In this document: positions 10,016 to 18,832 of the stretch, one piece after another
How the letters are laid out: each line of letters starts with the position of its first letter
Numbering within the stretch: position 1 is the first letter of the stretch
Origin: Candidatus Rifleibacteriota bacterium
GTDB taxonomy: Bacteria > Muiribacteriota > Ozemobacteria > Ozemobacterales > Ozemobacteraceae
NCBI GenBank assembly: GCA_017417215.1
Contig: JAFPZP010000090.1
Coordinates: 294-64,293 of the forward strand
Direction of reading: 5' to 3'
Length of the DNA stretch: 64,000 nucleotides
The notes under the pieces: generated by a model
What the model was told of the DNA's origin: nothing
Seen by the model: only the letters and a program-made list of their open reading frames with translations
The model's database searches: none
Program-made: the position numbers and the translations under genes

Positions 10016-10123
10016 ATATAAAATATGTTTTAGTCAATAGTTTTAAGAAAAGAAACAAAGAAAAATGTAAAGAATAATTTAACCATTATTAAAAATCTCT
10101 ATAAGATAACAATAACAAATAGA

Positions 10124-10161
10124 CTAAAAAAAGCTCACTTTTTATAAGTGAGCTTTTTTTT
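10124..10161. terminator. Bidirectional Rho-independent terminator between wzx (+) and flgH (-)
   Basis: aaaaaaagctcac-tttttataa-gtgagctttttttt: 8-bp stem flanked by an A-run and a T-run. Confidence 0.8.
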
Positions 10162-10174
10162 ATGCTGGAAAAGG

Positions 10175-10780
10175 TTAGAATATAGAGTCGAAGATTTTTG
10201 TCATGATTCCGTGGCGATTGGCTCTAGATACTGTGCCTTTGCCGTCGAACTTAATCTGTGCATCAGCAAGAAGCTTTGAATCTATGCTGTTTTTATCATC
10301 AATGTCTTTGGGTCTGGCAACGCCTCTGACTTTCATAATCTGATTTTCTTTATTTACAACAATGGCGCGGCTACCTTCAATGAGAAGATTGCCGTTTGGC
10401 AGAATTTCAAGAACAGTAGCGGTAATGGTTCCTTCTAAACCACTGCTTCTAGTTGTTGTACCTTCACCGTCAAATTCATTCTTTATTTTCTGCTGACCGA
10501 CGATTTTGTTCATTACTCTTTTAAAAATCGGAATTCTCGGTTGAGCTGTTGCTTCAGTTGTTGTTTCTTTTTCTGTTTTAGTAGTGGCTTTAGATTGTGC
10601 ACTGGTTGTTTCAGAAATCTTAATGGTGATTATATCGCCAGGCTGGTAGTTTCTTGCGGCACCGTGAGACGAATAAAGGTCATTGCCGTTCAGCCACAAA
10701 GAAGCAGCATTTGAATCGGCGGTAAATCCAAAAACTATCATAAAAACTATGAAAACCAAAGAGAACTTACTTCTGAGCAT
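10175..10780 (-). CDS. flgH: Flagellar L-ring protein FlgH
   Basis: SLW....D.RA...GDIITI.I.E N-terminal pattern and conserved C-terminal region NGNLLIEGSRAIVVNKENQIMKVRGVARPKDI. Signal peptide without any cysteine. Confidence 0.85.
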   Translation of the reverse strand: MLRSKFSLVFIVFMIVFGFTADSNAASLWLNGNDLYSSHGAARNYQPGDIITIKISETTSAQSKATTKTEKETTTEATAQPRIPIFKRVMNKIVGQQKIKNEFDGEGTTTRSSGLEGTITATVLEILPNGNLLIEGSRAIVVNKENQIMKVRGVARPKDIDDKNSIDSKLLADAQIKFDGKGTVSRANRHGIMTKIFDSIF

Positions 10781-11849
10781 ATTCTACAATTCCTTTTTCT
10801 GTAATAACGCCGCTGATTCTGCGTTTATTCTTTAAATTGATCAGTTCGATTTCATCACCTGAGTTCCCGCCTTGAACTGCCTTAGCAGGAATACTTAGAG
10901 AGAGGGCGCCGCTGTTTACTCTGAATTCTACGTTGTCGCCTGGTTTGATTAGCCATGTATCAATAATATCATCGTTTTTCATTGTGGCAGACATCATGTT
11001 TAATGCCTGTGGAGTTCTGATTCCCTCAGCAGTTCTAGATTTTTTAGAACTAGCTGTTCTGACTGTATCGTTTTTTGCTAAGTCTGAATTTCTTATGATA
11101 GTTCCAGCAGACTTGAACCTGTCTAGCTTTTTCCCTATAACATCTTTATAAGAAACGGCAGTATTATTTTTTTCGTTTTTAATAGTAACACTTACAGGTT
11201 TTACCATATCTTCTGTAATTACTTCGCCGGGTTTAACCAGTTGGCATAATTCTGCTGCTTCAATGTTTTTGCTGACATTTACCTGAATAAGCTGTCTGAA
11301 TGGACCGCCTTCAGTTTCTGCTTCCAATGCGAAAAGTCTCATTCCCAGTTCATTAGATGAATTAGAACGAATATTCCAACTTATCACATTTCCTGGAAGA
11401 ACTATGGTTGATGAAAGCCTTGAGAAGTCAAAGTTTAAAGGGTCTTCACTTTTGCTTTGGCAGAAATCTATGATTCTTGATTTTACTTGTTCGCTTTTTA
11501 GAACAGTTCCAAGCCTTTTAATTGTAATACTGTTAGGAATATCTACTTGATTAGCTAAATTACCTAGCTTTTGGCAGATTGTTTCTTTATCTAATACTAT
11601 TTCTCCTAGTGGGTCAGGAATGTTGCCCAACTCAATATTTGCCAGTTCCTTAGAAAGTTTTTCGTCAGCATTTTTTACTAATATATCTGCATTTACAGAG
11701 CTTCCAGAAACAACAGCAGAATTTTTAAGAGTTACAGGGGCAACAGTTTTTTTGGCATCTTTAATTGATGCAAGGGTAGGGGTATTTAAAGATAATCCTA
11801 TTATTATAGAAATAATGGAACTATTAATAAAAGCAGAACGAGAAATCAT
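10767..11849 (-). CDS. flgA: Flagellar basal-body P-ring formation chaperone FlgA (long form)
   Basis: C-terminal FlgA/SAF pattern IKPGDNVEFRVNSGALSLSIPAKAVQGGNSGDEIELINLKNKRRISGVI. Position is between flgG and flgH. Confidence 0.75.
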   Translation of the reverse strand: MISRSAFINSSIISIIIGLSLNTPTLASIKDAKKTVAPVTLKNSAVVSGSSVNADILVKNADEKLSKELANIELGNIPDPLGEIVLDKETICQKLGNLANQVDIPNSITIKRLGTVLKSEQVKSRIIDFCQSKSEDPLNFDFSRLSSTIVLPGNVISWNIRSNSSNELGMRLFALEAETEGGPFRQLIQVNVSKNIEAAELCQLVKPGEVITEDMVKPVSVTIKNEKNNTAVSYKDVIGKKLDRFKSAGTIIRNSDLAKNDTVRTASSKKSRTAEGIRTPQALNMMSATMKNDDIIDTWLIKPGDNVEFRVNSGALSLSIPAKAVQGGNSGDEIELINLKNKRRISGVITEKGIVEYAQK

Positions 11850-11858
11850 TTTATCTTA

Positions 11859-12647
11859 CTATCTCCTGAGGTTGTTGGCTATTTGAAGCATTGTATCTGA
11901 AGTTTGGATGGTTTTGGAATTTGCTTCGTATGCACGCTGTGCAACAATCATATTAACCATTTCTTCAACAACTTTAACGTTAGACATTTCAATAAAGCCC
12001 TGAGCTATTTCGCCAAATTCATCTGTGCCTGGGAGACCTACAACCGGGTCACCTGAACTTCCTGATGGAACGTATAGGTTTTTACCAAGTGCTCTTAAGC
12101 CTGATGGGTTGATGAAGTCAGCTAATTCTATTTGACCTATTACTTCGAGGTCTGTCTGATTAGGCATCTTTGCAGCGATGATGCCGCCGGATGTGATATT
12201 AAGACCTAAAGCGTCTTGAGGAATAGTTACTTCTGGAAGTATGGTATAACCATTAGAAGTTACGATAATTCCGTCTTCAGAAATTTTCCATGCACCGTCT
12301 CTGGTGTAGGCAATATCGCCATTTGGAAGCTGAACCTGGAAGAATCCTTCGCCTTCAATAGCAACATCTAATGATTCGTCAGTCTGTTGGTATTCACCTT
12401 GAGAGAAAAGTCTGTGGGTAGCAACTGGTTTAACACCATGACCCATCTGGATGCCAACAGGGTATTTATGATCTGCGGTAATTGGTGCACCAGGTTCAAC
12501 AATTGTCTGATACATCAAGTCTTCAAAGTCAACACGCTGTTTTTTGTAACCAGTTGTGGAAACGTTGGCAAGGTTGTTTGATACAACTGCGATATGAGTT
12601 TCCTGTCCCTTCATGCCAGTAGAAGCTGACCACAATGATCTCATCAT
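11859..12647 (-). CDS. flgG: Flagellar distal rod protein FlgG
   Basis: MMRSLWSASTGMKGQETHIAVVSNNLANVSTTGYKKQR at the N-terminus; C-terminal VEEMVNMIVAQRAYEANSKTIQTSDTML. Confidence 0.9.
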   Translation of the reverse strand: MMRSLWSASTGMKGQETHIAVVSNNLANVSTTGYKKQRVDFEDLMYQTIVEPGAPITADHKYPVGIQMGHGVKPVATHRLFSQGEYQQTDESLDVAIEGEGFFQVQLPNGDIAYTRDGAWKISEDGIIVTSNGYTILPEVTIPQDALGLNITSGGIIAAKMPNQTDLEVIGQIELADFINPSGLRALGKNLYVPSGSSGDPVVGLPGTDEFGEIAQGFIEMSNVKVVEEMVNMIVAQRAYEANSKTIQTSDTMLQIANNLRR

Positions 12648-12684
12648 AGGACTTATTTCTCCCTTACTTTATAATTTTTATCTA

Positions 12685-13527
12685 TCAGCGTCTGGTTGTA
12701 CCAACGCTGTTAATGCACTTATCTAATAAGTTGTCATGAGACTGAACAACCTTTGAATTAGCTTCATAAGCGCGTGAAACTTCAATCATCTTTACCATTT
12801 CTTCAACAACGCTGAAGTTTGGCTTTTCTAAGTAACCTGGCAGGAAATTGGTTTCTGCCCTTGTAACGTTGCCGAAAGCTCTTACAAACTTATTTGAACC
12901 TTCTTTTCTAAATGCTCTTCTTTCAGAGGCGATACCTGTAACAACTCTATATTCAGCAACGTTGTCCAGTAAAACGCGACCTTCTTCATCAATGGTGCAT
13001 TTCTTGCCAAGACCAACCTGAATACGTTGGAAATTAGCATTAACACTGCCATCGTCGTTTATAAGAACTCCTGAGTTCTGGTCTTCATCTCCAAGAATTT
13101 CACCCAAAATGTAGTCGCCGTTGGAGTCCATCAAAAAACCTTCATCATCTAGTGTCCAAGAACCGTCACGAGAAAATCTGATTCCATTTTTCCCGTCAAC
13201 TATGAAAAAGGCCTTTTCATTATCAAGACTAACGTCTAATTCATTTCCTGTGAAACTCATCTTGCCGGCTTCCCATCTTGTGTAGGTTTCATCGGCTATT
13301 GCACCTGTCCCAATCTTGCCTATACGAGGGTATTTATAGATTGGTCTTGGTGGATAAAGCTTGGCATCATTAATTCTGCGAATTCTCATAGCAGGAAGTT
13401 CTTTGAATACCATGCCGTCCTGCTTGTAACCAGTTGTATCAACGTTTGCCAGGTTGTTTGCAACCTGGTCCTGACGCATGGTTTCAACAAGCATTCCTGC
13501 TGCAGAGGTATAGATTCCTCTTATCAT
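12685..13527 (-). CDS. flgF: Flagellar proximal rod protein (FlgF-type)
   Basis: MIRGIYTSAAGMLVETMRQDQVANNLANVDTTGYK; C-terminal VEEMVKMIEVSRAYEANSKVVQSHDNLL. Confidence 0.8.
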   Translation of the reverse strand: MIRGIYTSAAGMLVETMRQDQVANNLANVDTTGYKQDGMVFKELPAMRIRRINDAKLYPPRPIYKYPRIGKIGTGAIADETYTRWEAGKMSFTGNELDVSLDNEKAFFIVDGKNGIRFSRDGSWTLDDEGFLMDSNGDYILGEILGDEDQNSGVLINDDGSVNANFQRIQVGLGKKCTIDEEGRVLLDNVAEYRVVTGIASERRAFRKEGSNKFVRAFGNVTRAETNFLPGYLEKPNFSVVEEMVKMIEVSRAYEANSKVVQSHDNLLDKCINSVGTTRR

Positions 13528-14081
13528 TCCTGCCCTCCTAATGACTTACAGCCACAGTTTATTTCGTTAGGACACTGCCCAATCTTTTCAAATACTTCTT
13601 TGCCAATGGGGTTATTGCCAAAAGCAAGATAATGAGCCAGATGGGCATGAAGACATTTAACACCATGATAATCACGACTTCCTGCTACGGAAGTGTTTTT
13701 TAATATTTCAAAAATATGTTCTGGAAGAGAACCAGCAAACTTACTTTGAGCAAATTTCAAGCGATAGTCTGCAATTTCTCGTTGCCCTTTAAGAAATTCG
13801 TTGCGAAAAGCTTCGTCATCTCTTATTTTTTGGGAATAGTATTTAACGAAACCCTGCTGTTCTAAGTCGGCTGTTAGGGCTTTCATTCTTGGGCAGACCA
13901 ACCATATGAAAGAAGGGAAAGGTTTCCAGAGGTTTTCTTCTAAGAATACCGGGTCTGCAAGTAAAGTCTGGGGGGTTCCGTTAGGGCATCTGGTCTTGAT
14001 AATAAAAGGAGTTCTCGGTTCGCGACCAAGCAAAGAGACCGCTACTTGATAGTCCTTGTTGTTCATATTATTGTTTGTCAT
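13524..14081 (-). CDS. DUF501-family protein, translationally coupled to flgF
   Basis: DUF501 pattern: LLGREPRTPF..RCPNGTPQ, PFPSFIWLVCP, GVKCLHAHLAHYLAFGNNPIG. The stop overlaps the flgF start (4-nt overlap). The track start at 14087 is TTG; ATG at 14081 is more likely. Confidence 0.7.
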   Translation of the reverse strand: MTNNNMNNKDYQVAVSLLGREPRTPFIIKTRCPNGTPQTLLADPVFLEENLWKPFPSFIWLVCPRMKALTADLEQQGFVKYYSQKIRDDEAFRNEFLKGQREIADYRLKFAQSKFAGSLPEHIFEILKNTSVAGSRDYHGVKCLHAHLAHYLAFGNNPIGKEVFEKIGQCPNEINCGCKSLGGQE

Positions 14082-14118
14082 AGCCAATTATTCCCTAACA
14101 AATTATTTCTTAGAAAAC

Positions 14119-14147
14119 AAATCGGCATTTTGCTGCTCATACTTTAG
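14119..14147 (-). promoter_or_regulatory. Sigma-28 (FliA)-type promoter motif for the DUF501-flgF-flgG-flgA-flgH operon
   Basis: Minus strand reads CTAAA-gtatgagcagcaaaat(16)-GCCGATTT, about 30 nt upstream of the start codon. Known consensus is TAAA-N15-GCCGATAA. Confidence 0.55.
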
Positions 14148-14218
14148 ATATTTTTTTAATTTTATTTCGATTTCGATGAATTGTTAAGGCAAACTTTGCT
14201 TTGAGTAGCCTACCCATT

Positions 14219-14272
14219 GTCATAAACGTATAGCTTTCAGGGCTAAAGCCCATACGCTATACTTTTTATGAC
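14219..14272. repeat. Three-tier nested hairpin
   Basis: gtcataaa / gtatagc / gggct-aa-agccc / gctatac / tttatgac. Confidence 0.6.
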
Positions 14273-14293
14273 GAATGTGTAGACTGAACATCT

Positions 14294-14356
14294 CTCAACT
14301 CTCAATTCTCATTTCTCATTTCTAATTTCTAATTTCTTCAATCTTATATCTCAAGT
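14294..14356. repeat. Heptanucleotide tandem array (9 units, stepwise diverging)
   Basis: ctcaact ctcaatt ctcattt ctcattt ctaattt ctaattt cttcaat cttatat ctcaagt. Confidence 0.85.
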
Positions 14357-14378
14357 TTTGTTCTTATATCTTTTTAAA

Positions 14379-14500
14379 AGCGGACAGTTGCTTGCTCAAC
14401 CTTATTCTCCTCCGCGGTCTCTGTGTATTTGTACCTACGAATAGACTTTGAGGGAACGAGCCTTGTGCGGAGAATAGAGGTTTCGCGTCTACTGTCCGCT
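14379..14500. repeat. Long imperfect inverted repeat (about 120-nt hairpin) upstream of the rpmF promoter
   Basis: agcggacagt (14379-14388) pairs with actgtccgct (14491-14500). An inner arm ttattctcctccgc pairs with gcggagaatagagg. Confidence 0.6.
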
Positions 14501-14546
14501 CTTTACAAAATGTACACAAAAATATCAGTTGTTTTGCTTATTCTAT

Positions 14547-14575
14547 TTGACTTTTGAAAGAAGCTTTGCTATAAT
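14547..14575 (+). promoter_or_regulatory. Sigma-70 promoter of the rpmF-plsX operon
   Basis: TTGACT, a 17-nt spacer, then TATAAT; located 35 nt upstream of the rpmF start. Confidence 0.7.
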
Positions 14576-14609
14576 CCTTACACTTATTTTAATATCGGAG
14601 GAAACCAAA

Positions 14610-14801
14610 ATGGGTGCATGTCCAAAGAATAAAGTATCCAAACTTAGAGGGCGCACACGTCGAGCTCATATAAAAGTTGCTCCAGTAACTCTTGCAAAGT
14701 GTCCACACTGCAAAGAATTGAAGCAGGCTCATAGAGTTTGTCCAGCTTGCGGATTCTACAGCAAGACTGACAGAGTTCTCGACATTAAACAAGAAGCCTA
14801 A
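14610..14801 (+). CDS. rpmF: 50S ribosomal protein L32 (zinc-ribbon form)
   Basis: MGACPKNKVSKLRGRTRRAH...CPHCKELKQAHRVCPACGFY. GGAGG lies 9 nt upstream of ATG 14610; the track ORF start at 14529 is an upstream extension. Confidence 0.9.
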   Translation: MGACPKNKVSKLRGRTRRAHIKVAPVTLAKCPHCKELKQAHRVCPACGFYSKTDRVLDIKQEA

Positions 14802-14822
14802 TAGTTTAAGGTAAAATAATTA

Positions 14823-15803
14823 ATGAAAATTGCCATTGATGTTATGGGCGGAGATTTCGCCCCACAGGAATTGATAGCTGGTGCTAAAGGTTATCTTCAG
14901 AATGATGGAGAAGCTGGTCTGATTCTTGTAGGTGATGAAAAGGTAATTCGTGAACTCTGGCCAGATTTGCCAGAAAGTTGCGAAATTTATCATACCGACG
15001 AAGTCATTGAAATGGGTGAACACCCTCTTCAGGCTCTTCGTAAGAAAAAGAATGCCAGTGTTGCAGTTTGTGCTAGTCTTGTTAAACAGGGAAAAGCTGA
15101 CGGATTTATTTCTGCCGGTAGCACAGGTGCTCAGATGGCAGCTTCTTTATTGGTATTAGGAAAAATTACTGGCATCGAAAGACCGGCTATTTCTGTCATG
15201 CTTCCTACTTCAGGCGATAAAGGCGTATTGCTGCTTGATGTTGGAGCAAATGTAGATGTTAGACCAAATCATTTACTTGAATTTGCCTTAATGGGTTCTG
15301 CATACTACGGAAAAATATGCGGAATTGAAAGACCTAAGGTTGGTCTTTTAAATATAGGTGAAGAAGAAGCCAAGGGCAATGAACTTACTAAGGCTGCTTA
15401 TGAACTTCTTAAGGGTAGTTCATTGAATTTTGTCGGTAACGTTGAAGCAGACCATCTTTTTGAAGGTAAGGCAAATGTTGTAGTTTGCGATGGCTTTGTA
15501 GGAAATGTCTTGTTAAAGACAAGCGAAGGCGTTTCTGAAAATATGCAGGCCTTAGTATTCAAGACTGCAATGTCTATGGGTGAAGAAACCGTAGGTAATT
15601 TCAAAAAAGCCATTAAGAAATTCAGTCCTTCATCACCTGAATACAGTGCAGCACCCTTGCTTGGCGTAAATGGTGTTTCACTTGTTTGTCATGGCAAATC
15701 CAAAGCTCCGGTAATAACTAATGCCATTAAGTTGGCTGTAAGTTGTTCAAAGAGCAATTATGTTGATTTAATTACAAAGGAATTAACTAAAGCTCAGCAG
15801 TGA
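14823..15803 (+). CDS. plsX: Phosphate acyltransferase PlsX
   Basis: MKIAIDVMGGDFAP, SAGSTGA, and conserved C-terminus LLGVNGVSLVCHGKS. Confidence 0.9.
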   Translation: MKIAIDVMGGDFAPQELIAGAKGYLQNDGEAGLILVGDEKVIRELWPDLPESCEIYHTDEVIEMGEHPLQALRKKKNASVAVCASLVKQGKADGFISAGSTGAQMAASLLVLGKITGIERPAISVMLPTSGDKGVLLLDVGANVDVRPNHLLEFALMGSAYYGKICGIERPKVGLLNIGEEEAKGNELTKAAYELLKGSSLNFVGNVEADHLFEGKANVVVCDGFVGNVLLKTSEGVSENMQALVFKTAMSMGEETVGNFKKAIKKFSPSSPEYSAAPLLGVNGVSLVCHGKSKAPVITNAIKLAVSCSKSNYVDLITKELTKAQQ

Positions 15804-15937
15804 GTCTTTGGTTAGATTACCTTAATAGTAAATTAGCTAGTGGGTTGATTCAGTTTTTTATTTGACAAAATATAATTTGTATTGAAGTAAAAAAGGGTAG
15901 TCAATCCAGTTAAAAATATATATTCTAGGGAGCAAGC

Positions 15938-16696
15938 GTGGAAGAAGTTAGCAAATCAGATGTAACTAAAGTAGCTATAGTTACAGGTTCTACTCGCGGT
16001 ATAGGTCTTGAAATCGCTAAGGTATTTGGCGAAGAAGGTTATGCAGTAGTTCTTTCCGGACGAAACGAAGAAAGTCTAGTGAAAGTTAAGAGTGAATTTG
16101 AAGCTAAGGGTATTAAGGTTGCCTCTTGTAAAGCTGATATCTCTAAAGCAGAAGATGCTGCAAAGCTTGTTGCTTGTGCCTTAGAATCTTTTGGTCGCAT
16201 TGATACTCTTGTAAACAATGCAGGGGTGACTTGCGACAATCTTTTGATGCGCATGGATGAAGACGCATGGGATAAGGTTCTAGATACAAACCTTAAAGGC
16301 GCTTTTCTTATGACTAAGGCTGTTATTAAGCCTATGCTGAAGCAGAAAAAAGGTTCTATAATCAATATTGCTTCTGTAGTTGGTTTAATGGGTAATGCTG
16401 GTCAGGCAAACTATGCTGCAAGCAAGGCTGGTTTGATTGGTTTTACTAAGTCTGTTGCAAAAGAATATGGTAAAAAAGGCATTAGAGTAAATGCTGTAGC
16501 CCCAGGTTTTATTTGTTCTGATATGACAGCTAATCTTGCTGATAATTTAAAAGAACAAATGCTGGCTCAAGTTCCATTGAATGTTTTCGGACAACCGCGT
16601 GATGTAGCTAATGCTGTTGTATTTTTAGCCTCTGATAAAGCATCTTATATCACAGGACAGGTATTGACAGTAGATGGCGGTATGGTGATGGCATAA
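15938..16696 (+). CDS. fabG: 3-oxoacyl-ACP reductase FabG
   Basis: TGSTRGIG Rossmann motif, NNAG, YAASKAG catalytic motif. Position is between plsX and acpP. GTG start preceded by AGGGAG. Confidence 0.85.
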   Translation: MEEVSKSDVTKVAIVTGSTRGIGLEIAKVFGEEGYAVVLSGRNEESLVKVKSEFEAKGIKVASCKADISKAEDAAKLVACALESFGRIDTLVNNAGVTCDNLLMRMDEDAWDKVLDTNLKGAFLMTKAVIKPMLKQKKGSIINIASVVGLMGNAGQANYAASKAGLIGFTKSVAKEYGKKGIRVNAVAPGFICSDMTANLADNLKEQMLAQVPLNVFGQPRDVANAVVFLASDKASYITGQVLTVDGGMVMA

Positions 16697-16731
16697 CCGT
16701 TCCCAAAATTCTCAGGAGGAAATTTATAAGC

Positions 16732-16974
16732 ATGAATACTAATTATTTTGAAGACATTAAAAGAATCGTAGTTGAAAAGCTTCAGGTGGATGAAAAGCAG
16801 GTTACTCCAGAAGCAAGCTTCATGGAAGATCTTGGTGCAGACAGCCTTGATACAGTAGAACTCGTTATGGACTTAGAAGAACACTTTGGTGTTGAAATTC
16901 CTGACGAAGCTGCTGAAAAGCTTAGAACCATTAAAGATGCTGTAGACTACATTGCTTCAAAAAAAGCTGAATAA
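16732..16974 (+). CDS. acpP: Acyl carrier protein
   Basis: [17 protein letters not shown], with the phosphopantetheine-attachment serine. Confidence 0.95.
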   Translation: MNTNYFEDIKRIVVEKLQVDEKQVTPEASFMEDLGADSLDTVELVMDLEEHFGVEIPDEAAEKLRTIKDAVDYIASKKAE

Positions 16975-16990
16975 TATATAGCATTTGAAA

Positions 16991-17032
16991 GCTGGCTATT
17001 TGAGATTAATAATCAAGTAGCCAGCTTTTTTT
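16991..17032 (+). terminator. Rho-independent terminator after acpP
   Basis: gctggcta...tagccagc stem followed by ttttttt. Confidence 0.75.
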
Positions 17033-17176
17033 ATGTTTAAAAATCTTTATTCAATTTTCTGAAAATATACTTAAACTCTCTTGTTTTTATTAGAGAAAAT
17101 GATTATCGTATTATTGTCTTTTTTAGATGACTTATATAAGAAAATTAAGTTAATAAACAAATAGGAGTCATATTTA

Positions 17177-18415
17177 ATGAAGCGTGTTTTTGTTACAGGT
17201 ATGGGAGCTATAACTCCTAATGCTGTTGGTATAGAAGATTTTACTACAGCATTAAAAGAAGGTAAAAACGGAATCGGTCCTACAACTATATTTGATGCAT
17301 CTAATCAGACTGCCAGAATTAGCGGGCAGGTTAAAAACTTTAATCCAGAACTTTATGTTAATAAGAAAGATGCAAAAAGACATGACCGATATGCTGTTTT
17401 AGCTTTAGCAGCTGCAAGAATGGCAGCAGAACAAGCAAAAATAACAGAAAAGAATTTTGATCCTGAAAGAGCAGGAGTTATTGTTTCTACTGGTATCGGC
17501 GGAATAACTTTCTTTGAAAATGAACATAAGACCTATTTAGAAAGTGGTCCTAGCCGTGTAAGTCCCTTTTTGGTTCCTATGATGATTTGTAATATAGCCT
17601 CTGGTTGTATTGCAATGGAATATGGGATGAACGGTCCTAACTACAGTATCGTTTCTGCCTGTGCTTCGAGTTTGCATGCCATAGGTGAATCATATTTGAA
17701 GATTGCTTATGGAGAATGTGATCTAATGATGTGTGGCGGAAGTGAAGCTGCTTTAACTCCTTTAACTACTGCCGGCTTTGCCAAGATGAAAGCTTTATCA
17801 ACAAGAAATGATGAACCAGAAAAGGCTTCAAGAGCTTTTGACAAAGACCGAGACGGTTTTGTTATGGGTGAGGGAGCGGGTGTAATTGTTCTTGAAAGTG
17901 AAGAAAGCGCATTAAAGAGAGGTTCTACAATATTGGCAGAAGTAAAAGGTTATGGTGCTTCTGCTGATGCACACCACTTGACTGCACCGCATCCAGAAGG
18001 GGTTGGTGCTGCAAAAGCGGTTAAAAGAGCAATTGCATTAAATAACTTCCCAATAGAAAATATTGATTATATCAATGCTCATGGCACTAGCACTCCTTTG
18101 GGTGATATCGCAGAAATGAAAGCTTTAAAGCTTGTCTTTGGAGAAGAAGGAGTTAAGAAGCCAATAGTTAATGCTACAAAATCTATGATTGGTCATCTTC
18201 TTGGAGCTGCTGGTGTTGTAGGAACCATAGCTACTGTAATACAGATGCAAAATGGTTTTATACATCCAAATAGAAACCTTGAAAATGTTGATCCTGAATT
18301 AGCTGGTTTTAATTTTGCACCAAATCATTTTATTGAAAAGCAGATAAATGCTGCACTAGTAGATGCTTTTGGTTTTGGTGGACAAAATGCTTGTTTGTTG
18401 CTAACTAAGGCATAA
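17177..18415 (+). CDS. fabF: 3-oxoacyl-ACP synthase II (KAS II)
   Basis: Active-site context SACASSLHAIG, plus HGTSTPLGD and GHLLGAAG. Confidence 0.9.
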   Translation: MKRVFVTGMGAITPNAVGIEDFTTALKEGKNGIGPTTIFDASNQTARISGQVKNFNPELYVNKKDAKRHDRYAVLALAAARMAAEQAKITEKNFDPERAGVIVSTGIGGITFFENEHKTYLESGPSRVSPFLVPMMICNIASGCIAMEYGMNGPNYSIVSACASSLHAIGESYLKIAYGECDLMMCGGSEAALTPLTTAGFAKMKALSTRNDEPEKASRAFDKDRDGFVMGEGAGVIVLESEESALKRGSTILAEVKGYGASADAHHLTAPHPEGVGAAKAVKRAIALNNFPIENIDYINAHGTSTPLGDIAEMKALKLVFGEEGVKKPIVNATKSMIGHLLGAAGVVGTIATVIQMQNGFIHPNRNLENVDPELAGFNFAPNHFIEKQINAALVDAFGFGGQNACLLLTKA

Positions 18416-18420
18416 AAATT

Positions 18421-18459
18421 TTTTACTTTGCATTTTAATTATTAAAATGCAAAGTAAAA
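18421..18459. terminator. Perfect 19-bp A/T-rich hairpin after fabF (probable terminator)
   Basis: ttttactttgcattttaat-t-attaaaatgcaaagtaaaa. Confidence 0.55.
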
Positions 18460-18555
18460 TCTTAAAACTTGATTATTATAAGTTAGATTATTATAATTTA
18501 TAGTGGATTGTTGTACATAATATTGTTAGTTAATGAAGAGCAAGGAGAGGTATAA

Positions 18556-18816
18556 ATGGAAATTCTCAGAGTTGCTTCATCATCCAGCCCGAAGTCTGTG
18601 GCTGGGGCAATCGCTGCTGTAGTTGAACAGGACCAGAAAGTTGTTTTACTGGCTGTTGGTGCTGGAGCAGTAAATCAGGCAGTTAAGTCAATCGCTGTTA
18701 CTAGAGGTTATGTTGCACCAAAGGGTATCGAGCTTTCTACAATGATTGCTTTTGCTAAGATTGATATTGATGGAAACGAAAAAACCGCTATTAAATTCCT
18801 TATCGAAGCAAGATAA
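18556..18816 (+). CDS. spoVS: SpoVS-family protein
   Basis: 86 aa: MEILRVASSSSPKSVAGAIAAVV...AVGAGAVNQAVKSIAVTRGY, typical of SpoVS. GGAGAGG RBS upstream. Confidence 0.85.
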   Translation: MEILRVASSSSPKSVAGAIAAVVEQDQKVVLLAVGAGAVNQAVKSIAVTRGYVAPKGIELSTMIAFAKIDIDGNEKTAIKFLIEAR

Positions 18817-18832
18817 TAGTTTTTTTGATTCT

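Noticed and set aside
14228-14262. Recurring GTATAGC/GCTATAC motif (also near 49371, 49401, 49429, 25232) as a dispersed element
   Set aside because: A 7-mer of this AT-rich composition is expected several times by chance in 64 kb, and the flanks are not homologous.
14529-14609. Upstream extension of rpmF (track ORF starts at 14529)
   Set aside because: The extension covers the promoter itself. GGAGG precedes ATG 14610, and the canonical L32 N-terminus begins there.
18746-18832. Start of the TPR ORF at 18746 overlapping spoVS
   Set aside because: It overlaps spoVS by 71 nt in another frame. The signal-peptide-like segment begins only after the spoVS stop.
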